Positions 37,885 to 49,904 of a stretch of DNA of 64,000 nucleotides are shown here, one piece after another (the stretch's first letter is position 1; every line of letters begins with the position of its first letter). The translations under genes and the position numbers were made by a program. The notes under the pieces were generated by a model that ran no database searches, had not been told where the DNA came from, and saw nothing but the letters and a program-made list of their open reading frames with translations. The DNA is from Bacilli bacterium (lineage in GTDB: Bacteria; Bacillota_I; Bacilli_A; RF39; UBA660). The stretch lies in the NCBI GenBank assembly GCA_017612805.1, contig JAGAFD010000007.1, positions 170,675 to 234,674 of the forward strand, written 5' to 3'.

Positions 37885-40176
37885 ATGTTATATGATATTA
37901 AATATTTTGATGTTAAGGCTTATGATACTGCAGTTGATGAGATTAAGTTAACACAAAATAGTTATCGGGCAATAAAAAAGATTATTGAAAGTGTTAGTGA
38001 TGAAAAATCACAAATATATATGGCAATTGAATTAATTCGTTATACTGCTAATAAATCAAATAAACGTACTTATTATTATGCCATTGAAGACTATGAAAAG
38101 TTAATCAGTATTATTGAACGTAAATTAGATATGATTGATAAAAACAATGAGGATTATACTAATTATTATTATTTATACGAATATGCTTTATATAAATTAT
38201 CAAAATTAAGAATAGCTATTGCTAGTTCAAGATTTGAATTTGAGACTGTAAAATATGTTTTTGAAAAAATAATTGATAATAAGTATGTAGTTAATAATGT
38301 TCATTATTTATTAGCTGAAGCTAAAGCTGGTTTAGCAGTATGTGAAAAACGTATGGGAAATATTGATAAAGCCCGTAAACAATTAGAAACTATTATTAAA
38401 GAAGATAATATTCCGGATGCTCGTTTAGAATTAGGTTATCTTGAATATGAAGTAGATAATTGGGATCGTGCTAAAGAGTTATTTGAATCACTTAAAAGTG
38501 ATGATGAAGATTTACGTGTTTATCAAAAGCTAGTTCATATTAGTTTATCTAAAATTTATAAAGCTAAAAAAGATGGAAAAAATGCGATTCGGGAATTAGA
38601 TGAATTAATAATTAAAAATGCAGGATTTAAACGTCAAGCATTATTAGAAAAAGGTAAAATTTATTATACCGTTAATAATGATTTTGATAATGCAACGAAG
38701 TGTTTTAATGATTTATTAGATGTTGCTAAAACAAGCTTTGATAAGATTGCTGCTTATAATGAATTAGCAATTATTGAAAAGTTAAATGGTAATTATGCAA
38801 GGGCAATTGATTACTGTAATAAATGTAAGAAAATTGAACATGATAACCAATATGTTAATGTTGTTTTAGGGGAAATCTATGAATTAAAAAATGAGCATGA
38901 TAAAGCTTTAGAATTATATTATGAAGTATTTAAGAAAGGTAATAGTGGCGATAAAAGTGAAGCTGCAAGAAAGTTAGTTAAACCATATTATGAAGCTAAT
39001 GATTTTGAAAGATTAGAAGAACTTGTTGATTTCTTAATTAATTCTAAAAAAGTAAAAGATCGTAATTTAGGTTATTATTATAAATTCTTAAAAGAACATT
39101 ATTTGGGATGTTCATCAGAAGAAGCAATGGAATACTGTGAAAAAATTGAAGGAGAAATTTCTAGTTTTGCTAGAGCGTATGATTATTTAGCTTATGGTTA
39201 TGCTAAAAATCGCGATATTGATAAATTACAAGCATTAGTTAATCAAGCTAATAAATCTTGTGAAAAACCGGATTATGTTTTATATTTTAATATATTATTA
39301 AAAGTAACTACTAATGATTTAAAAGATATTGATAATGATATTGATAAATTAATTGAATATGATGCTGTTTCATTACCGGCACATTTATATCATATAGCTA
39401 GATCACTTGATAAAAGTAATTATCGTTTAGCTAATAAATTATATGATATTGTTCGTAGTTATGATTCTAATTACCATTTTATGGCAAGTGTATTTTATGC
39501 AATGACTTATAATGTAACAAGTACTAAAGATATTAAATATCATATCGATTTAGTTAATAGTTTATTAGAAAATGAAGCTTGTGATGAATTAACTAAGAAT
39601 CGTTTATTGGCATGTTTAACTAAAACGTATACGATAGGTGGATATTATAATGAAGCAATTAAAATTTGCGAAGATTTAAAAGCAAATAATGATCCATTCT
39701 ATCATAAATTAGCGGATGTTCGATTAGGCTCAATTTATCGAATAAATGGTGATTTTGAAAAATCAATTGCTATTATCGAAAAATATATTGATGATCCTAG
39801 TATTTCTGAATTAGCTTTTGTACAATATGTTAAGAATTATGAAAGACTTGATATGGATAAAGCTTATGAATTAATTTCATCAAAAGTAGAAGAATCACCA
39901 AATTATTATTTACATTATGAATATGCTAAAATGTTAATTAATAAAGCAGAATATGATAAAGCTAAAGAAATATTATTTAAGTTAATTAATAATAAAAAAT
40001 CTTGTAAAAGTTTCCTAGGTTTATGTTATACTTCACTAGCTTTTATTGAACGTATTAACGGTAATATGGATGCTTATGAAGAGTATAATAAATTAGCTTG
40101 TATTAACTATCCATTAGTTTATGGTAATAATGCTATTATCGATAATGATGATGGTTATATTTTAGATTTAAAATAA
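37885..40176 (+). CDS. Tetratricopeptide-repeat (TPR) protein, cytoplasmic
   Basis: 763 aa with repeated 34-residue W-LG-Y-A-F-A-P helix pairs (e.g. ARLELGYLEYEVDNWDRAKELFESL). Confidence 0.55.
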   Translation: MLYDIKYFDVKAYDTAVDEIKLTQNSYRAIKKIIESVSDEKSQIYMAIELIRYTANKSNKRTYYYAIEDYEKLISIIERKLDMIDKNNEDYTNYYYLYEYALYKLSKLRIAIASSRFEFETVKYVFEKIIDNKYVVNNVHYLLAEAKAGLAVCEKRMGNIDKARKQLETIIKEDNIPDARLELGYLEYEVDNWDRAKELFESLKSDDEDLRVYQKLVHISLSKIYKAKKDGKNAIRELDELIIKNAGFKRQALLEKGKIYYTVNNDFDNATKCFNDLLDVAKTSFDKIAAYNELAIIEKLNGNYARAIDYCNKCKKIEHDNQYVNVVLGEIYELKNEHDKALELYYEVFKKGNSGDKSEAARKLVKPYYEANDFERLEELVDFLINSKKVKDRNLGYYYKFLKEHYLGCSSEEAMEYCEKIEGEISSFARAYDYLAYGYAKNRDIDKLQALVNQANKSCEKPDYVLYFNILLKVTTNDLKDIDNDIDKLIEYDAVSLPAHLYHIARSLDKSNYRLANKLYDIVRSYDSNYHFMASVFYAMTYNVTSTKDIKYHIDLVNSLLENEACDELTKNRLLACLTKTYTIGGYYNEAIKICEDLKANNDPFYHKLADVRLGSIYRINGDFEKSIAIIEKYIDDPSISELAFVQYVKNYERLDMDKAYELISSKVEESPNYYLHYEYAKMLINKAEYDKAKEILFKLINNKKSCKSFLGLCYTSLAFIERINGNMDAYEEYNKLACINYPLVYGNNAIIDNDDGYILDLK

Positions 40177-40199
40177 AAGTTTTTGACTTTTATTTTTTT
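40174..40199 (+). terminator. Rho-independent terminator (AT-rich stem)
   Basis: ATAAAAGT-ttttg-ACTTTTAT followed by T6. Confidence 0.5.
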
Positions 40200-40238
40200 A
40201 TGCTTTAGGTTATAATAAATAATGTAGGGTGACTAAAT

Positions 40239-42215
40239 ATGAAGAAGAATTTTTTAAATCAAATAATGGTATTTATTGGCTTTATTTTTTTAATTGAAAT
40301 TATCTATAAAGTCCTTGTATATCATACTTTTTTTAGTAGTTCATTAATTTATACTTTATTGTTTAGCTTACCATTTACGTTCTTATTTATGTTAATTAAA
40401 GTATTTAAAAGAAAAGTAAATATGATTTTATTTTATGTAATTGAATTATTAATAACAATTTACTTTGCTTTTCAATATTGTTTTCATATGTTTTTTGCAA
40501 CACCATTTAGTTTTGCAACCCTAGGTTTAGCTGGTCAAGCATTTGACTGGGGCGAAAATATTAAGAATTTAATAATCGGTAATTGGTGGCAAATTATTTT
40601 AATATTTATTCCATTTGTGATAACGATTGCATTAGTTAAATTTATTAATTTTGATAAATATCGTTTGAAAAAAACCCTTGTTTTATTTGGTTTATTTTTC
40701 TTATCATATGGAATTAGTATTTTAAGTTTATTTATTAATAAGAAACCTATTTATAGTGCTTATAATTTATATTTTAATATTAATAGTGTTATTGATAATT
40801 ATAAAGAATTTGGGGTATTATGTGCTACGCGATTAGATTTAGAACGTTTAACATTTAATTTCCAAGAAAAGATTATTACGGATAACAATTTTGATATGAT
40901 TACTAATAAGAAGACTAGTGATCCTACTAAAGAAGAAGTAGTTTATGAAGCTAATATCGTAGATATTGATTTTGATAAATTAATTAGTGAGACGAAAGAT
41001 AAAAATTTAGTTAATATTCATAATTATTTTAAGAATCGTCAACCAACGCTTCAAAATCAATATACGGGAATGTTTAAAGGTAAGAATTTAATTTTTGTAC
41101 TTGCTGAAGCATTTAATGAAATTGCGGTATCTCCAGAACTTACCCCAACTTTATATAACATGATTCATACTGGATTTGAATTTAATAATTTTTATTCACC
41201 AGTTTATTTAAGTACAATTGGTGGTGAATTCCAAGCTGGTACTGGTTCAATACCTAGTCAAGAAACTTTAACAACTTGGAAAGAAAAAATGGTTAAAAAC
41301 CCATATGCTTTAGGTAATAGTTTTACCGGATTAGGTTATCAAGTACAAAGTTATCATGACTGGACTTATACTTATTATGGTCGTCAAAAATATATGAAGA
41401 ATATGGGTTATTTAAACTACAAGGGTTGTGGTAATGGCTTAGAGACAATTTTTTCTAATACAAGAAATGGTCGTTGTCAATGGTTACCTCGTGATGTTGA
41501 ATTAATCGAAGGAACTGTTAATGATTATATTAATAGTGAAGTACCATTCTTAACTTATTATGTAACGGTTTCTGGTCATGCTCCATTTAACTTTACTGGT
41601 GGTAACTCAACTAGTTTACGATATAAATCATTAGTTAATGAATTGGGTTATTCAGCAAATGTTAAAGCTTATATTGCTAGTCAAATAGAGCTTGATCGTG
41701 CCATGAAATTATTAATTGATAAATTAACGATTGCTGGTAAATTAGATGATACGGTTATTGTTTTAGTAGGAGATCATTATCCTTATACTTTATCTGTTGA
41801 AGAAGTTAATGAAGCAGCATCTTATAAAAAAGATGGCGTAGTAGAAATTAATCGTAGTAATCTAATTATTTGGAATAATGCAATGCAAGAAAAGATTGTT
41901 GTTAATAAAGTAGGTAGTCAAATTGATGTATTGCCAACGGTATTAAATTTATTTGGGGTTACCTATGATTCAAGATTAATTATTGGCCGTGATATTTTAA
42001 GTAATAGTGATGGCTTAGCAATTATGTCTAACCGTAGTTGGGTTAGTGATTATGGAACATATTTTGCTAATCAAAGAAAATTTGTTGCTAAGGAAGGTGT
42101 TGAAGTACCTAGTGACTATGTAAGTAACGTGAATGGGTTAGTATCTAATTACTTTACGATGAGTAAATATTTAATTACATATAATTACCATGAACGTGTG
42201 TTAGGAGAAAAATAG
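40239..42215 (+). CDS. LtaS-family lipoteichoic-acid synthase-like protein (5 TM plus extracellular sulfatase domain), paralog 1
   Basis: 658 aa. Five N-terminal TMs, then a sulfatase/alkaline-phosphatase-superfamily domain (MFKGKNLIFVLAEAF, SGHAPF, GDHYPY). Confidence 0.7.
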   Translation: MKKNFLNQIMVFIGFIFLIEIIYKVLVYHTFFSSSLIYTLLFSLPFTFLFMLIKVFKRKVNMILFYVIELLITIYFAFQYCFHMFFATPFSFATLGLAGQAFDWGENIKNLIIGNWWQIILIFIPFVITIALVKFINFDKYRLKKTLVLFGLFFLSYGISILSLFINKKPIYSAYNLYFNINSVIDNYKEFGVLCATRLDLERLTFNFQEKIITDNNFDMITNKKTSDPTKEEVVYEANIVDIDFDKLISETKDKNLVNIHNYFKNRQPTLQNQYTGMFKGKNLIFVLAEAFNEIAVSPELTPTLYNMIHTGFEFNNFYSPVYLSTIGGEFQAGTGSIPSQETLTTWKEKMVKNPYALGNSFTGLGYQVQSYHDWTYTYYGRQKYMKNMGYLNYKGCGNGLETIFSNTRNGRCQWLPRDVELIEGTVNDYINSEVPFLTYYVTVSGHAPFNFTGGNSTSLRYKSLVNELGYSANVKAYIASQIELDRAMKLLIDKLTIAGKLDDTVIVLVGDHYPYTLSVEEVNEAASYKKDGVVEINRSNLIIWNNAMQEKIVVNKVGSQIDVLPTVLNLFGVTYDSRLIIGRDILSNSDGLAIMSNRSWVSDYGTYFANQRKFVAKEGVEVPSDYVSNVNGLVSNYFTMSKYLITYNYHERVLGEK

Positions 42216-42216
42216 T

Positions 42217-44046
42217 ATGTGTGGAATAGTGGGTTTTGTAAATCAAGAAAAGAAAAAAGATAAAGAAAAAGTAATTAAAGCAATGGCTGATAAAATAATT
42301 CATCGTGGACCTGATGGTGAAGGTTATTATGTTGATGAAGATATTGCTTTAGGACATCGTCGTTTATCAATTATTGATATTAAAGGTGGTTCTCAACCAA
42401 TGTATAATGAAGATAACTCTTTAGTAGTTATCTTTAATGGGGAGATCTATAACTTTAAAGAATTAAAAAAAGAATTAAAAAATCATACTTTTAAAACAAA
42501 TTGTGATACGGAAGTATTATTACATGGTTATGAAGAGTTTGGTTTAGAATTACCTAAAAAATTAAGAGGAATGTTTGCTTTTGTAATTTGGGATAAAAAG
42601 AAAAAAATCTTATTTGGTGCAAGAGATCATTTTGGTATAAAACCATTTTACTATGCTAAATTTAATAATACCTTTATGTTTGCATCTGAGATTAAAGCTT
42701 TAATGGCTCATCCTGATTTCAAAAAAGAATTAAATAAAGATATTTTAGGCCCTTACTTATCATTTAGTTTTGTACCAACGGATGAAACTTTCTTTAAAGG
42801 GGTAAATCGTCTTAGTGCAGGGGAATATTTCGTTTATAAAAATAATGAATTAAAAATTAGTAAGTATTTTGATGTAACTTTTAAAGAAGAAATTAAAGAT
42901 TACAATGAATATGTTAGTGAAATCAGTAAGATTATGAAAGATAGTGTTGATCATCATATGATTTCTGATGTTGAAGTAGGTTCTTTCTTATCTTCTGGAA
43001 TTGATTCATCTTATATTGTTTCATTAGCTAGACCAGATAAAACTTATACTGTTGGTTATGATGATAAAAAATATAATGAAATTGAATATGCTAAAGATTT
43101 AACTAATAAATTGGGTATTCATAATACTAGTAAAATAATTAAAAAAGAAGAATTTATTAATATCATTCCTAAAATTATGTATCATATGGATGAACCGGTT
43201 TCTGATCCAGCTGCAGTAGCATTATATTTTGTTGCTAATACGGCAGCTAAAGATGTTAAGGTTGTTTTATCTGGTGAAGGCGCTGATGAATTCTTTGGCG
43301 GATACAATATGTATCGCCAATATGTAGATGTATCATTTTATAATAAAATACCTTTCTTTATTCGTCATGGAATATCTAATATTTGTAAGTTACTTCCAGA
43401 AGTAAAAGGGGTTAACTTCTTAATTAGACGTGGTGAAAAGTTGGAAGATTCATATGTTGGAATGAATCGTATTTATTCGGATAAACAAGTTAAACAAATT
43501 TTGAAAACAAGACCAATAATGAAAAATAGCGAAGTTACTAAAGAAATATATGAATTACATAAAGATGATTCAGATTTAGATAAAATGCAAGCAATTGATA
43601 TTAATTATTGGTTAATGAAAGATATCTTAGGTAAAGCTGATCGTATGACAATGGCTAATTCCATTGAAGGAAGAGTACCATTTACGGATATTGAAGTATT
43701 TAATGTTGCTAGAACGCTACCTTTTAGTGCTAAAGTAACTAAGGAAAATACGAAAGTAGCATTACGTGATGCTGCTAAAGAAGTTATTCCTAATGAATCA
43801 TATAAAAAGAAAAAATTAGGGTTCCCAGTACCAATTCGTGAATGGATGAGAGAAGAAGACGTTTATGAAATGGTTAACAATGCTTTAGATACGGACATTG
43901 CTAAGGAACTATTTAATACTAAGAAATTAAAGAAAATGATGATGGAACATGCTACAAAGAAAAAAGATAATTATCGTAAAGTATGGACAATCTATACCTT
44001 CATTATTTGGTATCAAGTTTTCTTTGAAGAAAAGTATGGATTTTAA
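42217..44046 (+). CDS. asnB: Asparagine synthase (glutamine-hydrolysing)
   Basis: N-terminal MCGIVGFV nucleophile Cys, GHRRLSIID, and the SGGIDSS PP-loop. Confidence 0.9.
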   Translation: MCGIVGFVNQEKKKDKEKVIKAMADKIIHRGPDGEGYYVDEDIALGHRRLSIIDIKGGSQPMYNEDNSLVVIFNGEIYNFKELKKELKNHTFKTNCDTEVLLHGYEEFGLELPKKLRGMFAFVIWDKKKKILFGARDHFGIKPFYYAKFNNTFMFASEIKALMAHPDFKKELNKDILGPYLSFSFVPTDETFFKGVNRLSAGEYFVYKNNELKISKYFDVTFKEEIKDYNEYVSEISKIMKDSVDHHMISDVEVGSFLSSGIDSSYIVSLARPDKTYTVGYDDKKYNEIEYAKDLTNKLGIHNTSKIIKKEEFINIIPKIMYHMDEPVSDPAAVALYFVANTAAKDVKVVLSGEGADEFFGGYNMYRQYVDVSFYNKIPFFIRHGISNICKLLPEVKGVNFLIRRGEKLEDSYVGMNRIYSDKQVKQILKTRPIMKNSEVTKEIYELHKDDSDLDKMQAIDINYWLMKDILGKADRMTMANSIEGRVPFTDIEVFNVARTLPFSAKVTKENTKVALRDAAKEVIPNESYKKKKLGFPVPIREWMREEDVYEMVNNALDTDIAKELFNTKKLKKMMMEHATKKKDNYRKVWTIYTFIIWYQVFFEEKYGF

Positions 44047-44186
44047 AATGTATAATAATATTAAATAATGCTTGCAAATATAATTATTTGTGGTATTATT
44101 AAGAAGTAAGTTTTTACTTAGTTTAAATTTCTCTTCCGGATTTATACTCAGTTTAAACGGATAAAATTATAAAGGAGGATATAATT

Positions 44187-44456
44187 ATGGCTGTTACAAA
44201 AGAAACGAAAGCTAAATTAGTTAAAGAATTTGGTAAGAATGATAAAGATTCTGGAGCTACTGAAGTACAAATTGCTGTATTAACTGCAGAAATCAATGAT
44301 TTAACTGAACATTTAAAAGTTCATACTCATGATTATCATTCAAAACGTGGTTTACTAATGAAAGTTGGTAAAAGAAGAAGCTTATTAGCTTACTTAAAGA
44401 AAAACGATGTAGTTAGTTACCGTAACGTAATTGAAAAATTAGGTATAAGAAAATAG
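44187..44456 (+). CDS. rpsO: 30S ribosomal protein S15
   Basis: 89 aa, [16 protein letters not shown]...[23 protein letters not shown]. Confidence 0.95.
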   Translation: MAVTKETKAKLVKEFGKNDKDSGATEVQIAVLTAEINDLTEHLKVHTHDYHSKRGLLMKVGKRRSLLAYLKKNDVVSYRNVIEKLGIRK

Positions 44457-44457
44457 G

Positions 44458-44484
44458 GCACTTGTTTTTAAAGTGCTTTTTTTT
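44458..44484 (+). terminator. Rho-independent terminator or attenuator between rpsO and pnp
   Basis: GCACTT-gttttta-AAGTGC followed by T8. Confidence 0.7.
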
Positions 44485-44502
44485 AGGAAAGGAAGTAGAA
44501 AA

Positions 44503-46659
44503 ATGGCAAAAAGAGTTTTTAGTTTAGACTTTTTAGGAAGAGATATTACTGTTGAAACTGGCGAACTTGCTAAACAAGCTAATGGTTCAGTTTTAGTACG
44601 TTATGGTGATACAGTAATTTTATGTGCTACCGTTATGGGTAAGATGCCTGTAACGCAAGACTTTTTCCCATTAACTGTTTTATATCAAGAAAAGTTATAT
44701 TCAGTAGGAAAAATTCCAGGTGGATTTATTAAAAGAGAAGGTAGACCTTCTGATTATGCAACATTAACGGCTCGTTTAATAGATCGTCCTATTAGACCAA
44801 TGTTTAGTGAAGGATTCAGAAATGAAGTTCAAGTTATTAATACGGTTTTATCAGTAGATCCTGATAATACTCCAGAAATGACAGCTTTATTTGCATCATC
44901 ACTTGCATTAGGTATTTCAGATATTCCATTTGATGGGCCAGTTGCTGGTGTTCAAGTAGGTAAGATTGGTAAAGATTATATTATTAATCCAACTCCAGCC
45001 CAAATGGAAGAAAGTACTATTCATTTAACAGTTGCTGGTACTAAAGAAGCAATCTGTATGGTTGAATCAGGTAGTAAAGAAGTATCAGAAAAGGAAATGT
45101 TAGAAGCATTAATGTTTGGCCATGAACATATTAAAACATTATGTGATTTCCAACAAAGTATTATTGATGCTGTAGGTAAACCAAAAGTTGAAGTTGAACT
45201 TGCAACAATCGATCCTAAAGTTGAATCTGAAGTTAGAGGATATGCAACGGATAAGATGTTTGCTTGTTTCAAGGTTAAAGGCAAACTTGCCCAATATGAA
45301 GCAATTGATAAAGTTAAAGAAGAAACAATTGAATACTTTACTGAAAAATATCAAGAAGATGAATGTTTTGATACCATCATTAGTGACGTTAGAAAATTAG
45401 TTGATATCTTAGAAGGTGAAGCAGTAAGAGTATTAATTACGGATAAAAAAGTAAGACCAGATGGTCGTAAGATGGATGAAATCAGACCACTTAGTGCTTA
45501 TATTGATTTATTACCAAGAACTCATGGTTCAGCTGTATTTACTCGTGGTGAAACACAAGCTCTTGCTACTACAACCTTAGGAGCTTTAAATGAACATCAA
45601 ATTTTAGATGGTTTAGGACTTGAAGATACTAAACGTTTCATGTTACATTACAACTTCCCACAATTCTCTGTTGGTGAAGTAGGACGTTATGGTTCTCCAG
45701 GAAGAAGAGAAATTGGTCATGGAGCTTTAGGTGAAAGAGCACTTTCTCAAGTTATTCCTTCTGAAGATGAATTCCCATACACTATTCGTGTTGTATCAGA
45801 AATCTTAGAATCAAATGGTTCTTCATCTCAAGCTACAATTTGTGCTGGATGTTTATCACTAATGGCTGCCGGTGTTCCAATTAAAGCACCAGTTGCTGGT
45901 ATTGCAATGGGATTAATCCAAAATGGTAAAAAATATACTATCTTAACGGATATTCAAGGTCTTGAAGATCACATGGGTGATATGGACTTTAAAGTTGCTG
46001 GTACAAGAAAAGGTATCTGTGCATTACAAATGGATATTAAGATTAAAGGTGTTACAAAAGATATCTTAAAAGAAGCATTAAATCAAGCTAAGAAGGCACG
46101 TTTAGAAATCTTAGATGTTATGGAAAAAACTATTCCAGAACCTCGTAAAGCATTATCTAAATATGCACCTAAAGTAGAAATGTTACAAATCAAACCAGAA
46201 AAGATCAAAGATGTTATTGGTCGTGGTGGTGAAATGATTACTAAAATCATTTTAGAAAGTTCTAATGTTAAAACCGTTACTGATAAAGATGCTGTTAAAG
46301 TAGATATTGATGATAATGGTAAAGTAATTATTTATCACACGGATTATGATGTAATCTTAAAATGTAAAGAAATGATTGAATCAATCGTAAGAGAAGTAGT
46401 TCCTGGTGAAATCTATCAAGGTAAAGTTGTTAAAGTTGAAGACTTTGGTTGCTTTGTAGAATTATGGCCTGGATGTGAAGGTTTAGTTCATGTATCACAA
46501 CTTGCTAAAGAAAGAGTTGAAAAACCTAGTTCAATTGTTAAAGTAGGCGATTCAATTATTGTTAAAGCAATTGGTTATGATAATAAAGGAAGATTAAACT
46601 TAAGTCGTAAAGATGCTTTAATTACTTCTAGTGATAAAAAAGATAAAAAAGAAAAATAG
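44503..46659 (+). CDS. pnp: Polyribonucleotide nucleotidyltransferase (PNPase)
   Basis: About 718 aa with two RNase PH domains, KH and S1 ([19 protein letters not shown]). Downstream of rpsO. Confidence 0.95.
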   Translation: MAKRVFSLDFLGRDITVETGELAKQANGSVLVRYGDTVILCATVMGKMPVTQDFFPLTVLYQEKLYSVGKIPGGFIKREGRPSDYATLTARLIDRPIRPMFSEGFRNEVQVINTVLSVDPDNTPEMTALFASSLALGISDIPFDGPVAGVQVGKIGKDYIINPTPAQMEESTIHLTVAGTKEAICMVESGSKEVSEKEMLEALMFGHEHIKTLCDFQQSIIDAVGKPKVEVELATIDPKVESEVRGYATDKMFACFKVKGKLAQYEAIDKVKEETIEYFTEKYQEDECFDTIISDVRKLVDILEGEAVRVLITDKKVRPDGRKMDEIRPLSAYIDLLPRTHGSAVFTRGETQALATTTLGALNEHQILDGLGLEDTKRFMLHYNFPQFSVGEVGRYGSPGRREIGHGALGERALSQVIPSEDEFPYTIRVVSEILESNGSSSQATICAGCLSLMAAGVPIKAPVAGIAMGLIQNGKKYTILTDIQGLEDHMGDMDFKVAGTRKGICALQMDIKIKGVTKDILKEALNQAKKARLEILDVMEKTIPEPRKALSKYAPKVEMLQIKPEKIKDVIGRGGEMITKIILESSNVKTVTDKDAVKVDIDDNGKVIIYHTDYDVILKCKEMIESIVREVVPGEIYQGKVVKVEDFGCFVELWPGCEGLVHVSQLAKERVEKPSSIVKVGDSIIVKAIGYDNKGRLNLSRKDALITSSDKKDKKEK

Positions 46660-46684
46660 TTGAGTAAAACTCAACTATTTTTTT
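46656..46684. terminator. Bidirectional rho-independent terminator
   Basis: ATAGTTGAGT-aaa-ACTCAACTAT with A-run and T-run flanks. Confidence 0.8.
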
Positions 46685-46685
46685 A

Positions 46686-47990
46686 TTAAATAAAATCACT
46701 AAAGTTTGTTAGATCATCAATACGATCTTTTATTTTATTTTCAATTTGTTTACGATTTTTAGTTTTTAATTTATTAATATCTTCAGCGTTTTTCATATCT
46801 TTTTGTTTAATTTTTTCTTTAGTTATTGATGTATTAATATTAGCTTCAAGATAATTCTTTTTTGTTTCATCTGTATAGATAGTTATTTTTAAATCTTTAT
46901 CTATTTCGTTAGCATTGTCCTTATTAGTATTAATTACTATTTTACCAGGATAAGTTTCTTCGTTTAAAGTTAATTCAAAATTAATCTTAATTACTTTATC
47001 AGTATGTTCAGTAACTTTACCTTTTAGAATAGTTGTATCATTATATTTTAATTTAAAGACATATTCATTATCACTATTTAAATCAGCATTAAATAATATT
47101 TCATTTTCATCATCAGTAATTTTTAATTCATAATTAGTGTCTTTATAATTTGTATAACTAATTGTTAATGCTTCATATTCAATTTCCATTTTAGCTAACT
47201 TAGAAAATAAACCAGTTGTATAAAAATTAATTGTAATACTTTCTAAATCAATATCATTTTTATAACTTTTTAAATAATCAATAACGGCTTTTTTATCAGT
47301 GTTAGTAATATTTGCAACACTTTTAATAAATTCATCATTATCAATTAAATTATCAATAATTTTTTTAAGGGTTTTATTAGTATTCTTATCAGTATAACTT
47401 ATTTTTTTAGCTTTAATATCTTTACCATCAATTTTAATAGTAGTCTTAGTTGTTTTAAATTGTTTCTTATCCATTGATTTAATTATTTCTTCTTTAATGG
47501 TTTTGGTAATCAAATCAAAATCAGCTTCATTAATATTTTTTAAGTTATCCCATTTAATATTTAATTCATTGTTTAGTAATAATGGTTTTTCATAAATATC
47601 TTTGCTATCGATATAAGCTTTATCTTCATCAATAACGATGCTGGTATCTTTTTTACCAATACTGATTGTTGAATCCATGTATTTGTGTTTAACATCACTA
47701 TTTAAAACTAATTTAAAAGAATTGTTAATATCTTCAAAACTTTTTATATTTGTATTTAATTTAACTGATGTTTTAGCATTAATACTATATTCAGCTGGGT
47801 TATAGTTGAAGGCTTTCTCCTTCTTTTGATTAAATAATAAGTATTTATTATTAATAGTAGTTTTAAAGAAGTTAGCTGGTTGATTTAAATAAATCCCATA
47901 AGCACCAATTAAAATAACTAATGTTAGAATAATAAATACAATTGCTAGTAATAAAAAGACAATATTACTATTTTCATTTCTTTCTTCCAT
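46686..47990 (-). CDS. Hypothetical N-terminally anchored extracellular protein (Lys/Asn-rich)
   Basis: 434-aa ORF. TM NIVFLLLAIVFIILTLVILIGAYGIY, then a long hydrophilic domain. Confidence 0.45.
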   Translation of the reverse strand: MEERNENSNIVFLLLAIVFIILTLVILIGAYGIYLNQPANFFKTTINNKYLLFNQKKEKAFNYNPAEYSINAKTSVKLNTNIKSFEDINNSFKLVLNSDVKHKYMDSTISIGKKDTSIVIDEDKAYIDSKDIYEKPLLLNNELNIKWDNLKNINEADFDLITKTIKEEIIKSMDKKQFKTTKTTIKIDGKDIKAKKISYTDKNTNKTLKKIIDNLIDNDEFIKSVANITNTDKKAVIDYLKSYKNDIDLESITINFYTTGLFSKLAKMEIEYEALTISYTNYKDTNYELKITDDENEILFNADLNSDNEYVFKLKYNDTTILKGKVTEHTDKVIKINFELTLNEETYPGKIVINTNKDNANEIDKDLKITIYTDETKKNYLEANINTSITKEKIKQKDMKNAEDINKLKTKNRKQIENKIKDRIDDLTNFSDFI

Positions 47991-48077
47991 TTTTTCACAT
48001 CCTATCTTACATATTTAATTTTAATATAAAGAACATATTTTTTCAATCTTAATCATATTTTTAGATAGGTGATTTTA

Positions 48078-49208
48078 TTGAAAAAAATATGCTTATTTAT
48101 AATCCTATTATTGCCAATAACAATATTCGCTCAGGAAAATATGACTAGTGCTAAAAGTAGTATATTAATGGAATATGAAACGGGTAAAATATTATATGAA
48201 AATAATGCTAAAGAACGTTTAGCGCCAGCTTCAATGACGAAGATTATGAGTTTACTTCTAATCATGGAACAAATTGATAGTGGTAAGTTAAAACTAGATG
48301 ATGAGGTATTAATTAGTGATAAAGCTGCATCGATGGGTGGAAGTCAAATATATTTAGCAGCGAATACGAAAATGAAGGTTAATGAATTACTAAAAGGGGT
48401 TGCGATTGCATCAGCTAATGATGCTGTAGTAGCATTAGCTGAAAAAACTTATGGTAGTGTGGATAAGTTTGTAGCTAAAATGAATGAAAAAGCTAATGAA
48501 CTAGGTCTAATTAATACAGTTTTTAAAAATCCTCATGGCTTAGATGAAGAGGGACATTATTCATGTAGTTATGATATGGCCATAATGGCTCGCGAATTAA
48601 TTAAACATGAACGTATTTTAGAATATACTAAGATTTATGAAGAATATTTAAATAAACCAGATGGTTCTAAGTCATGGTTAGTTAATACGAATAAACTTGT
48701 ACGATTTTATGAAGGCGTGGATGGTTTAAAAACGGGGTATACAACTAATGCCTTATATTGTTTAACGGCTACTGCCAAGAAAAATAATCTGCGTTTTATA
48801 ACGGTATTAATGGGTGAAGAAAATGCGGATGTCCGTACTACGGATACAGCTAATTTATTAAACTATGCTTTTAATAGCTTTAAATTAAATAATTTAATAA
48901 AAAAAGATCAAGTAGTTGGAGCAATTAAAGATAATAAGACAGTTAAAAATAAGTATAATTTATATACAAAGGAAGATTTAAATGATGTTTTAGAAATCAA
49001 TGACGAGGTAACTTATCAAAAACCTTATATTGATTATGAAGATTTAACATATCCAATTAAGAAGAATACGGTAGTTGCTTATTTAAAATATAAAACTTCT
49101 AATAATGAAATATTATCAGTACCATTAATTGTTAAAGAAGACATTAAAAAAGCCAATTATAAAGACTTAGTATTTAAGAATTTTAAGTTATTTTTAGGTA
49201 TTAATTAA
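48078..49208 (+). CDS. D-alanyl-D-alanine carboxypeptidase (PBP5/DacA-DacB type)
   Basis: Signal peptide. SxxK (ASMTK), SxN (SANDA) and KTG (KTGYT) motifs, plus a C-terminal domain. Start TTG 48078 or GTG 48069, with AGGTGA RBS. Confidence 0.85.
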   Translation: MKKICLFIILLLPITIFAQENMTSAKSSILMEYETGKILYENNAKERLAPASMTKIMSLLLIMEQIDSGKLKLDDEVLISDKAASMGGSQIYLAANTKMKVNELLKGVAIASANDAVVALAEKTYGSVDKFVAKMNEKANELGLINTVFKNPHGLDEEGHYSCSYDMAIMARELIKHERILEYTKIYEEYLNKPDGSKSWLVNTNKLVRFYEGVDGLKTGYTTNALYCLTATAKKNNLRFITVLMGEENADVRTTDTANLLNYAFNSFKLNNLIKKDQVVGAIKDNKTVKNKYNLYTKEDLNDVLEINDEVTYQKPYIDYEDLTYPIKKNTVVAYLKYKTSNNEILSVPLIVKEDIKKANYKDLVFKNFKLFLGIN

Positions 49209-49265
49209 TATTTGCTTTTAATAATTGATTGTGATATAGTAAAAAACACAAGAAGGTTGATTAAG

Positions 49266-49904
49266 ATGGGTTTAAGCTTAAAAGAGTATAATAGATTTAC
49301 CGAAATATTAGACAAAAAGATTAAAAACCAAAAAATTTTAAATGCTATTAAATATACGATGGCTAATTGTTATGATGATGCATTTTTTACAACTGTAGAT
49401 GAAAATAAAATTGAATTTAAAATCCATACATTACAATTCGGGATTTATATCCGTGATGATGGTAATAATATTTTAATAATTGATAATGTTAATGATTATT
49501 GTATGGAATTTGTTTTTAATAATGATGAAACATTATTATATGATTTTAAAATAAATAGTGAAAATACTGAGAATTATTTTTATCGTTTTAAAAATAAGAA
49601 ATTAGTAGAAGAAAGATCATTAATTAAAAATAAGAATGAATATCATCCTGTTGAGTATACGATTAAACATTATTATTCAAATGATGTTTTAATGTCTAAA
49701 ATGTATGTTACTAAGGATAATACTAATTCTGATGATAAGACAATTATGAAGAATGATGCGGATATCTTCTATTATTATGGTAGACTGGAAAAGACACCGA
49801 TAATGGCCAACTTTAATATGATTAATCGTAAAGGAAATGTGATTGAAACTAATGAAGAAGGTTATAAATTAAAACTAGAACAAAAAAAGAATGTTATTAA
49901 TTAA
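49266..49904 (+). CDS. Hypothetical protein
   Basis: About 212-aa ORF from the ATG after AAGAAGG. Confidence 0.4.
   Translation: MGLSLKEYNRFTEILDKKIKNQKILNAIKYTMANCYDDAFFTTVDENKIEFKIHTLQFGIYIRDDGNNILIIDNVNDYCMEFVFNNDETLLYDFKINSENTENYFYRFKNKKLVEERSLIKNKNEYHPVEYTIKHYYSNDVLMSKMYVTKDNTNSDDKTIMKNDADIFYYYGRLEKTPIMANFNMINRKGNVIETNEEGYKLKLEQKKNVIN

Noticed and set aside
44050-44186. The rpsO leader as an S15 autoregulatory structure or riboswitch.
   Set aside because: Only a weak 6-bp AT-rich hairpin (AAGTAA/TTACTT) is visible. That is not enough to claim a structured regulatory element.
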